From the NCBI GenBank assembly GCA_964016885.1, contig OZ024746.1, forward strand, positions 27,094,001 through 27,158,000: DNA of 64,000 nt. The letters are read 5' to 3'. Of the stretch, positions 1 to 15,447 are shown one piece after another. The notes below the pieces were generated by a model, which was not told where the DNA came from, did no database searches, and worked only from the letters and a program-made list of their open reading frames with translations. This DNA comes from Eledone cirrhosa (taxonomy: Eukaryota). The position numbers were made by a program, and so were the translations under genes. How positions within the stretch are numbered: the stretch's first letter is position 1; the number at the start of each line of letters is the position of its first letter.

Positions 1-250
1 GGTAATATCCGTAGTGGTAGAGCACTCAGTCCATGGGACGAGTTAGGTAGCAGTGGTAACACAACAGTTAGTTCACCATACCGAGAACAATTGTTTCACC
101 TTAGCGGATCCTCAACTCGTACCCCGGAGTACGAGCTGAGGATCCGCTAAGGTGAAACAATTGTTCTCGGTATGGTGAACTAACTGTTGTGTTACCACTG
201 CTACCTAACTCGTCCCATGGACTGAGTGCTCTACCACTACGGATATTACC
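1..250. mobile_element. Near-perfect palindrome (125 bp arms) carrying head-to-head hammerhead motifs; Penelope-like/retrozyme-like non-autonomous element, probably truncated by window start
   Basis: ggtaatatcc(1-10)...ggatattacc(241-250); axis at ccgg 124-127; mismatched pairs seen at 115/136 and 123/128; followed by (CT)n/(TA)n. Confidence 0.85.
132..169 (+). ncRNA. Minimal type I hammerhead ribozyme motif
   Basis: cgag|CTGAGGA(136-142)|tcc-gctaa-ggt|GAAAC(154-158)-AATT-GTT(163-165)|ctcg; stem I cgag/ctcg; palindromic loop III AATT; mirror copy on minus strand has C3U. Confidence 0.65.
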
Positions 251-265
251 TTCCAGTGTGATACC

Positions 266-690
<425 letters not shown>

Positions 691-1109
691 GTTCAAGAAA
701 CGACAAGACAAACGCTGAGTTGAAAAAACACAAACTCTTAGTATCTCGATTAGGAGTATGTAGAAGAGGGTTGTGTTTCGGACATAAGTTCTTCTTCAGG
801 AAACGGAGAAAGAGAGAGAGAGAGAGAGAGAGGGAGACAGAGTGAGTGAGAGAGAGAGAGAGAAGGTTGGAACATTAGAATTTGTGTAAGAAAGTTTTAA
901 GCAGGCTGGGGGGGGTAGGTGAGTAGTCCGGCATTCGAGAGTGGAGGTTGAGGTGGAGAATTCAGATGTGTCATGGGTATTCTTATGTATATATAGAATG
1001 CATTTCATGGGTGAGCATTATTGCTTCTGTGTGCGAGGTTTGTGTATGGTTGATGGAAGTGTGGTAGAGTGTGTCTGCGTGTGTTTGTTAATTTTACAAG
1101 AAGTTTGTG

Positions 1110-1612
1110 TATGTTTATATCTATATCAATTAACATCAAACTCTCCCCTTCTCTATATCTACTACACAGAATCCTCTTCCAATACCCTATAAACATTAAT
1201 CCCTCCCCCTCTCTATATCTAATATACAACACACTTCCCAAAATCCCTTCGCTATATCAATTACCAACAAACTATTGCCCTCTCTCTATGTACCATACAA
1301 CACTCTTTCTCATTCCCTCTCATTCTATCCATCACTCCCAAACTCTCCCCTTCTCTATCTCTATCAATCATCTCACTCTATTCATTACCACCAAAGTCTC
1401 TCCCTCTTTACATCAACCATACAACAGTCTCTCCCAATCACCCCTCTATATCAATTAACGCCAAACTCTTCCCCTCTTTATATCTACTACACGGAACTAT
1501 CTTCAAATTCCTCTCTCTATATCAATAAACATCAATCTCTCTCCCTCTCTATATCTACACACTCTCCCAACCTTCCTCTCTATAACAATTACCTAACTCT
1601 TCCCCCCCTCTA
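1110..1612. repeat. Degenerate CT-rich tandem/low-complexity repeat
   Basis: Recurrent ctctcccc(t)tctctatatc(t/a)a motif at roughly 60 bp spacing. Confidence 0.6.
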
Positions 1613-1836
1613 AAGCTGTATATATATCTCTCTCATCTGTCGCTCTATAACATGTACACAAATTGTAGCGTGTATACAAATAGACGTGTTATTTGGTAGT
1701 TTTTGGAGAAAATTATAATTATCGCATATATATATATATGCATATATATATATGCATATATATATATGCATATATATATATATATATATATATGCATATA
1801 TATATATATATATGCATATATATATATATATGCATA

Positions 1837-2036
1837 NNNNNNNNNNNNNNNNNNNNNNNNNNNNNNNNNNNNNNNNNNNNNNNNNNNNNNNNNNNNNNNN
1901 NNNNNNNNNNNNNNNNNNNNNNNNNNNNNNNNNNNNNNNNNNNNNNNNNNNNNNNNNNNNNNNNNNNNNNNNNNNNNNNNNNNNNNNNNNNNNNNNNNNN
2001 NNNNNNNNNNNNNNNNNNNNNNNNNNNNNNNNNNNN
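1837..2036. other. Assembly gap (N run)
   Basis: About 200 n characters next to a TA/TGCA satellite. Confidence 0.99.
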
Positions 2037-2039
2037 ATC

Positions 2040-2612
2040 TCACTCACATCCTCATCCATCATTCAAGGTATTTGAGCGCAGTTGTGTTGAGCTCGCCGAC
2101 ATCGACCCACTTCCTTGAGAGTAACAATATGCTTGATCTTCCAACCAGCATCCACGATTCCGATAATGGAATGGAGTTCGCCGAGACAGCCCAATACTGC
2201 CATCACTTTGCTGAAATCTAGAGGCAGTATTGTTTCTGCAGTATCTCACCCATGGTTTTAGCATTGTCTTGAAGAGTGCCATTTTCATCAATTAGAGGGC
2301 CAACAGTAGAGCCAGTGATTTTGTGTTTTTTTGCAAATGAAAAGAACACTTTGGGATTGAGTTTGATCTTCTCAATGGCCCAGGCCTCTTCAGCTCTTCT
2401 CTGATTGTTGATGAGGGACATTATGTTGTTTTGGAGGTTATGTTTTTTAATCTCTAGTGATGAAATGGCAGTCAAGTTGATGTGTTGCTGCTGACAGTAT
2501 TTCAGATTGTTGATTTTTTTGTTCGTTCTCTTAATTTTTCTGATGAGCGTTTTTCTATTTCTAGGGATTCTGCTCTTAGATTTGTTTATAGTTCTTAATG
2601 GGGTGTGTTTAA
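2040..2612 (-). pseudogene. CR1/Jockey-group LINE ORF2 fragment (region between endonuclease and RT)
   Basis: EKIKLNPKVFFSFAKKHK...VGPLIDENG...MGEILQKQY matches the conserved NPKxF pre-RT region; LDFSK-like motif downstream. Confidence 0.7.
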
Positions 2613-2650
<38 letters not shown>

Positions 2651-2676
2651 TATATATGCATTTATATATATATATT

Positions 2677-2714
<38 letters not shown>

Positions 2715-2738
2715 TATATATGCATTTATATATATATA

Positions 2739-2783
<45 letters not shown>

Positions 2784-2795
2784 TATATATGCATT

Positions 2796-2852
<57 letters not shown>

Positions 2853-3087
2853 GCATATATATATATATATATATATATGCATATATATATATATATATAT
2901 ATGCATATATATATATATATATGCATATATATATATATATATATGCATATATATATATATATATATATGTATATACATATATATATATATGTATATACAT
3001 ATATATATATATGTATATACATATATATATATATATATATATGTATATACATATATATATATATGTATATACATATATATATATATG

Positions 3088-3119
<32 letters not shown>

Positions 3120-3123
3120 TGCA

Positions 3124-3158
<35 letters not shown>

Positions 3159-3165
3159 GTATACA

Positions 3166-3204
<39 letters not shown>

Positions 3205-3206
3205 GC

Positions 3207-3298
<92 letters not shown>

Positions 3299-3301
3299 GC
3301 A

Positions 3302-3358
<57 letters not shown>

Positions 3359-3361
3359 GCA

Positions 3362-3419
<58 letters not shown>

Positions 3420-3510
3420 CATATATATATGCATATATATATGCATATATATGCATATATATATATGCATATATATATATATATATGCATATATATATAT
3501 ATATATATGC

Positions 3511-3585
<75 letters not shown>

Positions 3586-3605
3586 TATATATATATATAT
3601 ATATA

Positions 3606-3669
<64 letters not shown>

Positions 3670-3795
3670 TATATATATATATATATATATATGCATATAT
3701 ATATATATATATATATATATGCATATATATATATATATATATATATGCATATATATATATATATATATATGCATATATATATATATATATATATA

Positions 3796-3930
<135 letters not shown>

Positions 3931-4000
3931 TATATATATATATATATATATATGCATATATATATATATATATATGCATATATATATATATATATATATA

Positions 4001-4116
<116 letters not shown>

Positions 4117-4230
4117 TATATATATATATATATATATATATGCATATATATATATATATATATATGCATATATATATATATATATATGCATATATATATA
4201 TATATATATGCATATATATATATATATATA

Positions 4231-4296
<66 letters not shown>

Positions 4297-4515
4297 TATA
4301 TATATATATATATATGCATATATATATATATATATATATATGCATATATATATATATGCATATATATATATATATATATGCATATATATAATATATATAT
4401 GCATATATATATATATATATATGCATATATATATATATATATATGCATATATATATGTATATATATATATATGCATATATATATATATATATATGCATAT
4501 ATATATATATATATA

Positions 4516-4567
<52 letters not shown>

Positions 4568-4591
4568 TATATATATATATATATATATATA

Positions 4592-4629
<38 letters not shown>

Positions 4630-4681
4630 TATATATATATATATATATATATATGCATATATATATATATATATATATATA

Positions 4682-4719
<38 letters not shown>

Positions 4720-4995
4720 TATATATATATATATATGCATATATATATATATATATATATGCATATATATATATATATATATATGCATATATATATATAT
4801 ATATATATGCATATATATATATATATATATGCATATATATATATATATACGCATATATATATATATATGCATATATATATATATATATATGCATATATAT
4901 ATATATATATATGCCTATATATATATATATACGCATATATATATATATATGCATATATATATATATATATATGCATATATATATATATATATATG

Positions 4996-5115
<120 letters not shown>

Positions 5116-5159
5116 TATATATATATATAAATATATGCATATATATATATGCATATATA

Positions 5160-5437
5160 ACTGCCAAATCAACTTTTTCAAATACAAGTCGATGTTGAAC
5201 GGTATGTCAAATTTATTTATCTATAAAACTGTCTATATTGTATTTTGTCTGAAGAAGGCATAACATATTGTTAATATGATATCCCTGAAATATATATAGT
5301 GAAATAGATATGGTTTTATAAATATAGTTTCCATTTATTTAATATCGTAAATATACTCCAAATACTTGTTGAGTGCTTTTATATCAGTTATAAATATTTA
5401 CTAGTTGTAACCCAACAATTTAAATATAACTTTCCAT
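5160..5437 (+). mobile_element. Short hammerhead-containing Penelope-like element inserted in the TA satellite (same family as 29005-29270)
   Basis: Unique island inside the satellite; shares ggtatgtcaa...taaaact...atatggttttataaa(t/c)atagtttccatttat with 29130-29265; has gagtgctt box. Confidence 0.75.
5242..5305 (+). ncRNA. Type I hammerhead ribozyme motif
   Basis: attttgt|CTGAAGA(5249-5255)|agg..catatt-gtt-aatatg..cct|GAAAT-ATAT-ATA(5287-5298)|gtgaaat; stem I has G-U pairs. Confidence 0.65.
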
Positions 5438-5604
5438 ATATGCATATATATATATATATATAAATATATGCATATATATATATGCATATATATATATATA
5501 TGCATATATATATATATATATATGCATATATATATATATATGCATATATATATATATATATATGCATATATATATATATATATGCATATATATACATATA
5601 TATA

Positions 5605-5638
<34 letters not shown>

Positions 5639-5904
5639 TATATATATATATATGCATATATATATATATATGCATATATATATATATATATGCATATATA
5701 TATATATATATGCATATATATATATATATATGCATATATATATATATATATATGCATATATATATATATATATATATGCATATATATATATATATATATA
5801 TATATGCATATATATATATATATATATATATGCATATATATATATATATATATATGCATATATATATATATATATATATATGCATATATATATATATATA
5901 TATA

Positions 5905-5938
<34 letters not shown>

Positions 5939-5996
5939 TATATATATATATATATATATATGCATATATATATATATATATATATATGCATATATA

Positions 5997-6080
<84 letters not shown>

Positions 6081-6172
6081 TATATATATATATATATATG
6101 CATATATATATATATATGCATATATATATATATATATATGCATATATATATATATATATATGCATATATATA

Positions 6173-6203
<31 letters not shown>

Positions 6204-6239
6204 CATATATATCTATATATATATATATATATATATATA

Positions 6240-6329
<90 letters not shown>

Positions 6330-6447
6330 TATATATATATGCATATATATATATATATATATATATATGCATATATATATATGCATATATATATATATAT
6401 ATATATATATGCATATATATATATATATATATGCATATATATATATA

Positions 6448-6777
<330 letters not shown>

Positions 6778-6963
6778 TATATATATATGCATATATATAT
6801 ATATATATGCATATATATATATATATATGCATATATATATATGCATATATATATATGCATATATATATATGCATATATATATATATATATATGCATATAT
6901 ATATATGATATATATATATGTATATATATGCATATATATATATGCATATATATATATATATAA

Positions 6964-7031
<68 letters not shown>

Positions 7032-7192
7032 TATATATATATATATATATATGCATATATATATATATATATATATATGCATATATATATATATATATAT
7101 AATGCATATATATATATATATATATGCATATATATATATATATAATGCATATATATATATATAATGCATATATATATATATATATATAATAA

Positions 7193-7263
<71 letters not shown>

Positions 7264-8191
7264 TATATATATGCATATATATATATATATATGCATATAT
7301 ATATATATATATATATATGCATATATATATATATATATATATATAGCATATATATATATATATGCATATATATATATATGCATATATATATATATATGCA
7401 TATATATATATATATGCATATATATATATATATATATGCATATATATATATATGCATATATATATATATATATGCATATATATGCATATATATATATATA
7501 TGCATATATATGCATATATATATATATATGCTATATATATATATATATATGCATATATATATATTATATATATATATATATGCATATATATATATATATA
7601 TATATATATGCATATATATATATTATATATATGCATATATATATATTTATATAATATATATGCATATATATATATATATATATATGCATATATATATATA
7701 TATGCATATATATATATATATATGCATATATATATATGATATATATATATATGCATATATATATATATATATGCATATATATATATATGCATATATATAT
7801 ATGAATATATATATATATATATGCATATATATATATATATGCATATATATTATATATATGCATATATATATATATATATATGCATATATATATATATATG
7901 CATATATATATATATATGCATATATATATATATATATATGCATATATATATATATATATGCATATATATATATATATGCATATATATATATATATGCATA
8001 TATATATATATATGCATATATATATATGCATATATATATATGCATATATATATATGCATATATATATATATATGCATATATATATATATATGCATATATA
8101 TATATATGCATATATAATATATATATATATATATGCATATATATGCATATATATATATATATGCTATATATGCATATATATATATATATAT

Positions 8192-10699
8192 TTCTTTATT
8201 TACCATAAAGGCATAAAAAGAAGGGACAAATAGAAAGGGGGAGTTTACATACAATCGAGTAAAAAGGGTATAAAATGAAAATAATCGAAAACAACCTCAA
8301 AAGGGAGGGGACGTGATGGGGGTTGCACCCCCCCGAAAAAGTGTGCAATCCTTTGCCCGGGGAGCACATGGAGAAGGTGCTCCCCTCTCCTTCACTTCTT
8401 TACCTACAGGATGGTATACAGAGAAGGCCCATTTACACGAGCCATTCTCGCCACTATCACCCACCTTTCATAAAACTGCCTGTGGCCAAGCACCTCTCTC
8501 TCCATTCTTATCCTTCTTCCGAAGTGATATCGGAAGAAGTAGACCAGACTATGGCCAGAGAGGAAGTTGTCTGACCTCAGACCTTTCAATCGTGTCCACC
8601 AAACAACCTCTTTCAACATGGCTATTACGCACAGAAAAACCGCCTTTGCTTCCTTTGTGAAGAGGGGAGGCGGTTTGATTGTCATCACGGACTCGGCGGT
8701 CAATTGAATCGGCGCCACCCGCGACAGCAGTCGTTCGGCGTAGCCCCACAGATCAGCCACGCCCGGACATTGCACCAATGCGTGCGCAACGGTTTCTTCG
8801 TGACGCACGCATCTAGGGCAAATCTTTTTCGAGGGATCCCTGCCCGAGAGCCCGTGTCTGTAGAGCCTCTCTCGAACGGGTAGAGCCCCTCGGTAGCACT
8901 GCCAGGCGAGTGACTTCTGGAAGTTGTCCATTGGTCCCGGGCCGAAAGTCCTACCGAACAGGCTGGCCAGTTCGTCCTCTTCCATGTCCAGCGACTCTCC
9001 AAGGGTGTCATCGCCTCTGCTAGCCACCAGCCATCTATAGAATGATGAGGTGGATTCTCCACCGATGGCCTGGCCCGCTTGCCAGAGAGCCCTGAGCGCC
9101 TGAGCACACTCAGTGTGCCAGTCTCCCAGTTTTCCGGATCTTTGCTTGACCCAGGACTGCAGCTCGGTGAGCGAGACGAGTCTCGGAAAGGCTCGTTTCA
9201 CGAACGGAGCCCACACCGGTTGACCAGTGAGGAATACCTGTAGGTGCCGTAGCCTTAATGCGTGCCTACGCATCATCAACCACGGCATCCCCAGCCCTCC
9301 TTTCGAAGGTTGTTGGCAGCAGATGGATCTTCTCACCATAGGAGGGCGCTTCTTCCAAAGAAATTGGAAGAGCATGCGTTCCATGGTGGTGAGTGTTTCC
9401 TTAGGGCAAGGCACGACAGTCAGGCGGTAGTAAGTGACGGATGCTATGTAAATGTTCGCCACCTCCGCCCGGCCTTTTAGGGACAGCTTATACTTGGCCC
9501 ATTTCTGGGTTAGTGCAAACACCTTGTTCGTAACCTCGTCCCAGTTCTTTTCCACCTGGAGGTCCGGTCCAAACCAGACCCCAAGCAACTTTACCGGGCC
9601 CTCCGTCCAGTGTCCGACGACACCGTCGGGAGGCATCGGTCTGCCTCTCCACGTTTCGAGTTGCAGCCCGATGGACTTTTCCCGGTTCAGTTTCGCTCCT
9701 GACAACCTTTCGTAATCCTCCAGTAAGGTACCGATCGCCTCGATCTCCGAGTCGGTCGATACCATTACTGTTACGTCGTCAGCGTAGGCCGACACCGCTT
9801 TGCTCAATCCTGGTTCCAGGAGGATACCCTGCAACAACTCTAACTTCCTCAGTAAAGGCTCGAGAGTCAATACGTACAGAAGGGAGGAGAGAGGGCACCC
9901 CTGTCGAATGGATCGTGTGATTTCGAACGGCTTCGAAAGGTAGCCATTCACCTTGATCCTAGAACAGATGTGGTTGCTATGTAAGGCAGTGATCCAGCCT
10001 CTGAAAACAGGACCGAACCCAGCCGCCGCTAGCACCGCATCCAGGTAACCATGGTCGACCCTATCGAAGGCCTTAGACTGATCCAAGTTGATCAGAGCCC
10101 CACCGAAGCCGGGTTTGTTGCCAACCCTCTCTATGATGTATCGCATGAGGTGGAGGTTATCGTGAATGGACCTGGATGGGATAGCACATGTCTGCGCATC
10201 TCCCACCAGGCTACCCACGACAAGCGCCAACCTCTTTGCTAACACCTTGGCCAAAATCTTTTACTCTGTGTTTAGCAGGGTTATGGGCCGAAAATTATTT
10301 ATACTATCCCCCTTGTTCTCGTCATTCCTCACCAGCGAGACTACGCCCTTGGCTACAGAACAAGGAATTCTCCCGTTCTGCTGCCAATTGCAGTAGACCG
10401 CTTCGAGGAGTTCAGAGAAGAAGACCGGCATTGCTAAATAAAGTTCGTAAGGTATACCATCGAGACCTGGAGATTAGCGTCTGCTGCATTGGCTCAGCGC
10501 ATCTCCGATCTCATCAGCCGAGATTGGTCCCTCGCAGGACTCTGCCTCTTCGCTCGAGAGACGCGGCAGGCCGTCGAGGTATGGACCGAAATCCACGTCC
10601 CCGCCCGGACCCTCGCCTCCCCCGAATAATCGGGCAAAGTGCCTTTGAAAGGCCTCGCACATCTGCTTAGGCTCCCGGATCACCCGTCCATCCTCGTCT
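8192..10699 (-). mobile_element. 5'-truncated Tx1/L1-clade LINE inserted in TA/TGCA satellite
   Basis: RT ORF plus 3' UTR ending aataaagaaa(ta)n; GC-rich island flanked on both sides by TA repeats. Confidence 0.9.
8404..10254 (-). pseudogene. Tx1-like ORF2: reverse transcriptase and C-terminal CCHC zinc knuckle; no endonuclease; in-frame stop just upstream
   Basis: DQSKAFDRV, RQGCPLS, AYADDV, LGVWF, KGGLG, CPRC..EETVAHALVQC; upstream FRPITLLNTE*KIL; ORF 10474-10683 is a further upstream piece. Confidence 0.92.
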
Positions 10700-10778
10700 T
10701 ATGCATATATATATATATATAGATAGATAAATATACACGGGTGTGTATGATTGTGTATAGAAGATTATATTAATAAGA

Positions 10779-11093
10779 GGAATTCCAAGTTTGTCTGATT
10801 TACTCGTTTTATCTATAATCCTTTAAAATTTATAATGGTATTATAATGAAATAGTATGATAGAATATTAAATTCTAAGTGTTAATTGAACAAGTACTTTC
10901 ATGCTTTCGCAATCTTCAGGTTCATAATGTGTGGTGACAGTCAAGTTTGCAATTTTCAACTGTCACAGTTGAAAATTACTTGTTCAATTAACACTTAACA
11001 TTTAATATTCTATCATACTATTTCATTATAATACCATTATAAATTTTAAAGGATTGTAAATAAAACGAGTAAATCAGACGAAGTTGGAATTCC
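10779..11093. mobile_element. Fold-back element: about 115 bp inverted arms around a hammerhead-containing spacer
   Basis: ggaattccaa...gaacaagta (10779-10895) is the reverse complement, with a few mismatches, of tacttgttc...ttggaattcc (10977-11093). Confidence 0.85.
10886..10924 (-). ncRNA. Minimal type I hammerhead ribozyme motif
   Basis: Minus strand: tgaac|CTGAAGA|t-tgc-GAAA-gca-t|GAAA-GTAC-TT|gttca; stem I tgaac/gttca, GNRA loop II, palindromic loop III. Confidence 0.75.
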
Positions 11094-13471
11094 TATATAT
11101 GTATATATATAAATACATACATACGTATGTATTAATACATATACTGTATATACATTTGTATAATACTGTTTGTGGTCTTTATTTACTATATTATTTGTTC
11201 CTGGAGCTAAGCTATAAATATTTATATCATTGGGAGCGATGCCAGAGAAGAAAAAGAAAACATCGAAAATAAAGACCCCCCCCCCCTCCCTAAAAAAAAC
11301 AACAACAACAACAAACAAACACAATTAAAATAATAGAAAAGAAAAACCACTGGATTAACCTAGCAATACTTAGTTTCATTCCCAATTATTCCGATTTCGA
11401 ATCTCGCTGGGATAGAATCTGATTCAGTCGTTAGGCTGCTGCCATGAAATACCGTTACCATCTTAGAGTCATTACTGTCATCTATTCCCTATCACACCCT
11501 CCCACATCTATAACTTTCTCTCAATATTGGTAATGCTTGTTAGAAATGAATAGAAAATGTAAAAAAAAAAAAAAAAAAAAAAAAGAAATTAGTATTTGTT
11601 TTCTTCAGTGATTTTTATACAAATACTTGCTATGGTTATATTTGGGGATGATCATGTTGCCAAAATTGCCAATAAAACACACGCACTATCGATTGCCAAA
11701 AATTGCCATAAAAGACATGCACTGTCGATTTCTACTTCAGCTTTATTCTGTGACCTCCTCAATAACTATTTGTTCTTCTCTGTGTCTCCTCTTCTTTTTG
11801 GTCTTATCCCATTTACTCCATCTTGGAAAAAACGTTTTAAATGTTCTTACACAAAATTCTGAGAGAATGACTTTAGATAAATATAAACACATCAGCCCTT
11901 ACGGTACCATATTTTTAGTGAAAGATTGCCTGTGATTTTCAAATCATTTGAAAAATAATTTCGAATTTCAAAGGATTTAGTAATAACTATATTTGTCATT
12001 ATTAAGTTGGTGCTTGGAGCCTAACTTAAAGGTTCTTACATAAAATTATGACGGAAGTTTTAAATTTATATTCGAAGAGTTTGAAATAAGCAGAACCTGA
12101 TGTGGTGGTTACAGGTGAGGTGGTTTTAAAAGCAACAGCCGCGTATTATAGAACTAGGAGGAGTTTAGGGTAGTTTGGTATAAACAAATTATATAGCTTC
12201 TAAAACATTACAAAAAGTACTAGTCATCGCAATATTTTAGTTTTCTAGTTATTATAGAGACGATCACTTCTAAAAAATAGGCAATTAATTTTAGCAATAT
12301 TATATCATATTGCTAAAATTCAGCACAGCTGTAATAACTATTTAAAAGCTTTTGTTTCAGTATTGTAGTATTAAACAGTCTCGTGACACCTGGTTTACGA
12401 TCATATCGTAATTGAATAATATTAAAACTCTTTGTTATATATATTCACTAAATAATTGACTCTACGTCAACCAGTCCACGATCTTATTATACTCTTATAT
12501 ATTGATTATTTAATCACTACTTCGGCATTTACTCTGAAGGTTATGGTTCCCTGATGAGGTCATGTCCAGATTCATACATATTTATTTCTACATAGCGTCG
12601 ATTTCTAATTACTTCGCGTATTAACTATATTATAATTAACTTAGAAATATGATATATATCATATATATTATGATTTTATTGTTTGGCGATTCTCGTTTGT
12701 AATGATATACATTGTACTCTGTATTTCTAATACGATCCTCAAATATCGAACTGACATGTTTGCTTTGAATTTTTCTCATAATTTGATGTCAGTTAATTTC
12801 TAAAATTATTTTTCTTATGTTTAACGAATAGTATCTGCTCCTATGTGAGAAGGTAAATTGTCCCAAATATCCATGTATGGCTTGTAATTTCCTGTGATTT
12901 TATAAATGTTTACAGTTTTTCAAATAGAATTTTATAGGGAATTTAAGCTCAATTAAATCTGTATTCCTTACTTTCATTAATCTGTGGTTATTCACCCAAC
13001 AAAAGACCGCAAGCTTACTATTTATCTATATGCATAAGTCTCGATAATGAAATAAACTTCTTGATTCAAAACGCTGACCTACATACCACCAACCTTGATA
13101 AAAGTGTTCATATGAAATTCAGTAATTCCATATAGATGTCTTTATACCTGCATTAAAACTGGAGGGATTTTCTAGCATTAACATTATATTAGGCTTATCT
13201 GTCGTTATAATTGTAGATTTCATCTTCCTGAATCTGAGAGATTTAAGTAGTAAAAGCTTCGAGATAAAACGATAACATTAACATTCACGAATGTCAAACA
13301 GTATAAAATGGATCTCCATCTTAATTCTCCTATTTGCAGAATATCTTTAGAATATATTAACTATAAGTATGTAAAGATCTCAGTATCCCCGAGCAATTCT
13401 GTTATATTTATTTTAGAAATCATTTCAGGCGGCATTATAATTTCTTTCAGGAAGAAGACATGCAAACTGAA

Positions 13472-13518
<47 letters not shown>

Positions 13519-14029
13519 ATATAAATTTCCATATAACATTTTCAGTAAATGAGATACAATTTTGCTGAAGGATATATTATATACATATCATAGAAAGCTG
13601 TGGGAGATAATTTATGAAGTTATGTGAATAAGAAATTTTGAAAAGATTATTAATATCCTATAAAGTACGAAATGTACCCCGGCACAATATTGAAAGAAGA
13701 ATATGAAATGCAGTGAAAAGAAAATAGTATTCTTGCCTGATAATATAATGCTGCAATGTCATAACTGACATACAAGAAACAGGGATTCACAACAACTAAC
13801 ATTTACGAAGTATAAAAAAATGAGAGTATAATAAAATCCAACATTAAAACTAAAAAGAATGAATACATTTACTATCTCTGAACATCAAAACTCTCTCCTG
13901 TCATATTCTTCCCAAACAGTCGTCCGGTTTGGCAGCGCCACCTGGCGCTTGGGTGTCCTTTGAAGAAATCACTGTGTTGTAAGTATCTGTGGTAAGTGAC
14001 TGTTTTTAGGATACCCCCCCCCCCATTGT

Positions 14030-14250
14030 CATTGGTAGACTCGTTAAAGCGCCTGATTAAATGATTTGTGGTAGTTGTTCCAGTGCCCTGTGCGCTGAGT
14101 TCAAATCCCGCCGAGGTCAAGTCTTAGTTTTCTCGGAGTCGATAAAAAACTACCAGGATGTAGATTGGCGGAATTATTAGGGCGTCTGATTCTCCCTCGG
14201 TCCTTTGCGTTCTGAGTTCACTTGCAGCATTACTGGTTCTTTTTCCTTTG
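14030..14250 (+). mobile_element. Two decayed tRNA-derived SINE fragments
   Basis: B-box gagttcaaatcccgccgagg, then gagtcgataaaaaactaccag. Confidence 0.6.
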
Positions 14251-14649
14251 CCATCAGTACCGTAGAGGGGGGAGACTTTCATGTATGGACAACTGTTGGT
14301 CATCCATTAAAAAACACCATTTCCAAGGCCTACCCTCTAGTGAGTAACTTTTCATGGGTAGACTCATAGTTGTACGAAAACCTACAGAGATGTCATAGAA
14401 ATAGAAAAATGAGATGTGGATTAACTCATCTACAAATCTTATATAAAGAATCATAAATGTTTCGAAGAGATGATATAATACTTTATTTTATCGTTCTAAT
14501 AAGAAGTGGCGTTATAATACTTTATTTGAAATATGGAGACATAAGGAGTAAGGAATCTAGCTTCAAGCCTGTAACCTTGCTTGAATGCTTGCAACAGAGA
14601 GTAGAATCGTCTAAAGAGACTTAACGGTGAAGGAGTGATGAGAAACGGC

Positions 14650-14772
14650 GCAACGGTTTAATCCTATCACTTGAGAAGGTAACGGGTAAGGCCTACCACT
14701 TGAGAAGGCAATAGGCTAGGCCTACCACAAGAGAAGGCAACGGATTAGGCTTACCACTAGAGTAGGTGACGG
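14650..14772. repeat. About 30 bp tandem repeat, 4 copies
   Basis: taggcctaccacttgagaaggcaacgg variants. Confidence 0.7.
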
Positions 14773-14774
14773 TG

Positions 14775-14965
14775 ATATTTGAACGCAGAATGCAAAGATC
14801 CGTAACAAATACGGTCAGGCATCTCGTCTAACGTTCGAACAATTCCACCTGCCCACTGCCCTAGACAGGTGATTTATTTATCGACCCCGGAAGGATGAAA
14901 TTCAAAATTGATCTCCATGAAATTTGAACCCAGAAAATATGGGTCCAGAATAAATGCAGTAAGAT
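14775..14965 (-). mobile_element. Decayed tRNA-SINE fragments
   Basis: atttgaac..aga B-box complement; atcgaccccggaaggatgaaa core. Confidence 0.6.
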
Positions 14966-15399
14966 CTTAACCTTCCCTATCGATTCCCTGACATACTGGT
15001 GTCCTAACCCTTCCTATCGATTCCCTAACATAGTATTTAATATTTCTAATTTTAACAATTGCCGGTAGTTAACTTCTATTAAAACACAGCTATTGACAAG
15101 TAGTTTAGATAAAAAGGAAACCATGTTTTTTTAAAAATTTATTTTTGAATATTTTTACATTTTTTTAAAAGCAAATAGCAGTGAATATTATTAGACATGT
15201 ATTTGAATACATTTAATATCCTTATTGGGTAAAGTAGTCAATATGTAATCAGATGAATAGCAACCAGAAACATGCTATGTATTTTGTTTTTTACTTCTCT
15301 CCACGCCGGCTGTCTGCCACTTCAATACTTCCGTTTTATGGGAAAAGGCGCTAACTTAGCGCCTGCATGATATTTAACATGCACATACATATACATAAA

Positions 15400-15440
<41 letters not shown>

Positions 15441-15447
<7 letters not shown>

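Noticed and set aside
12300-13470. Possible Penelope GIY-YIG remnant (minus-strand YVGQ near 13075; ctgatgag at 12551)
   Set aside because: Many stops, no other motif, and no GAAA/stem III after the ctgatga; too weak to call.
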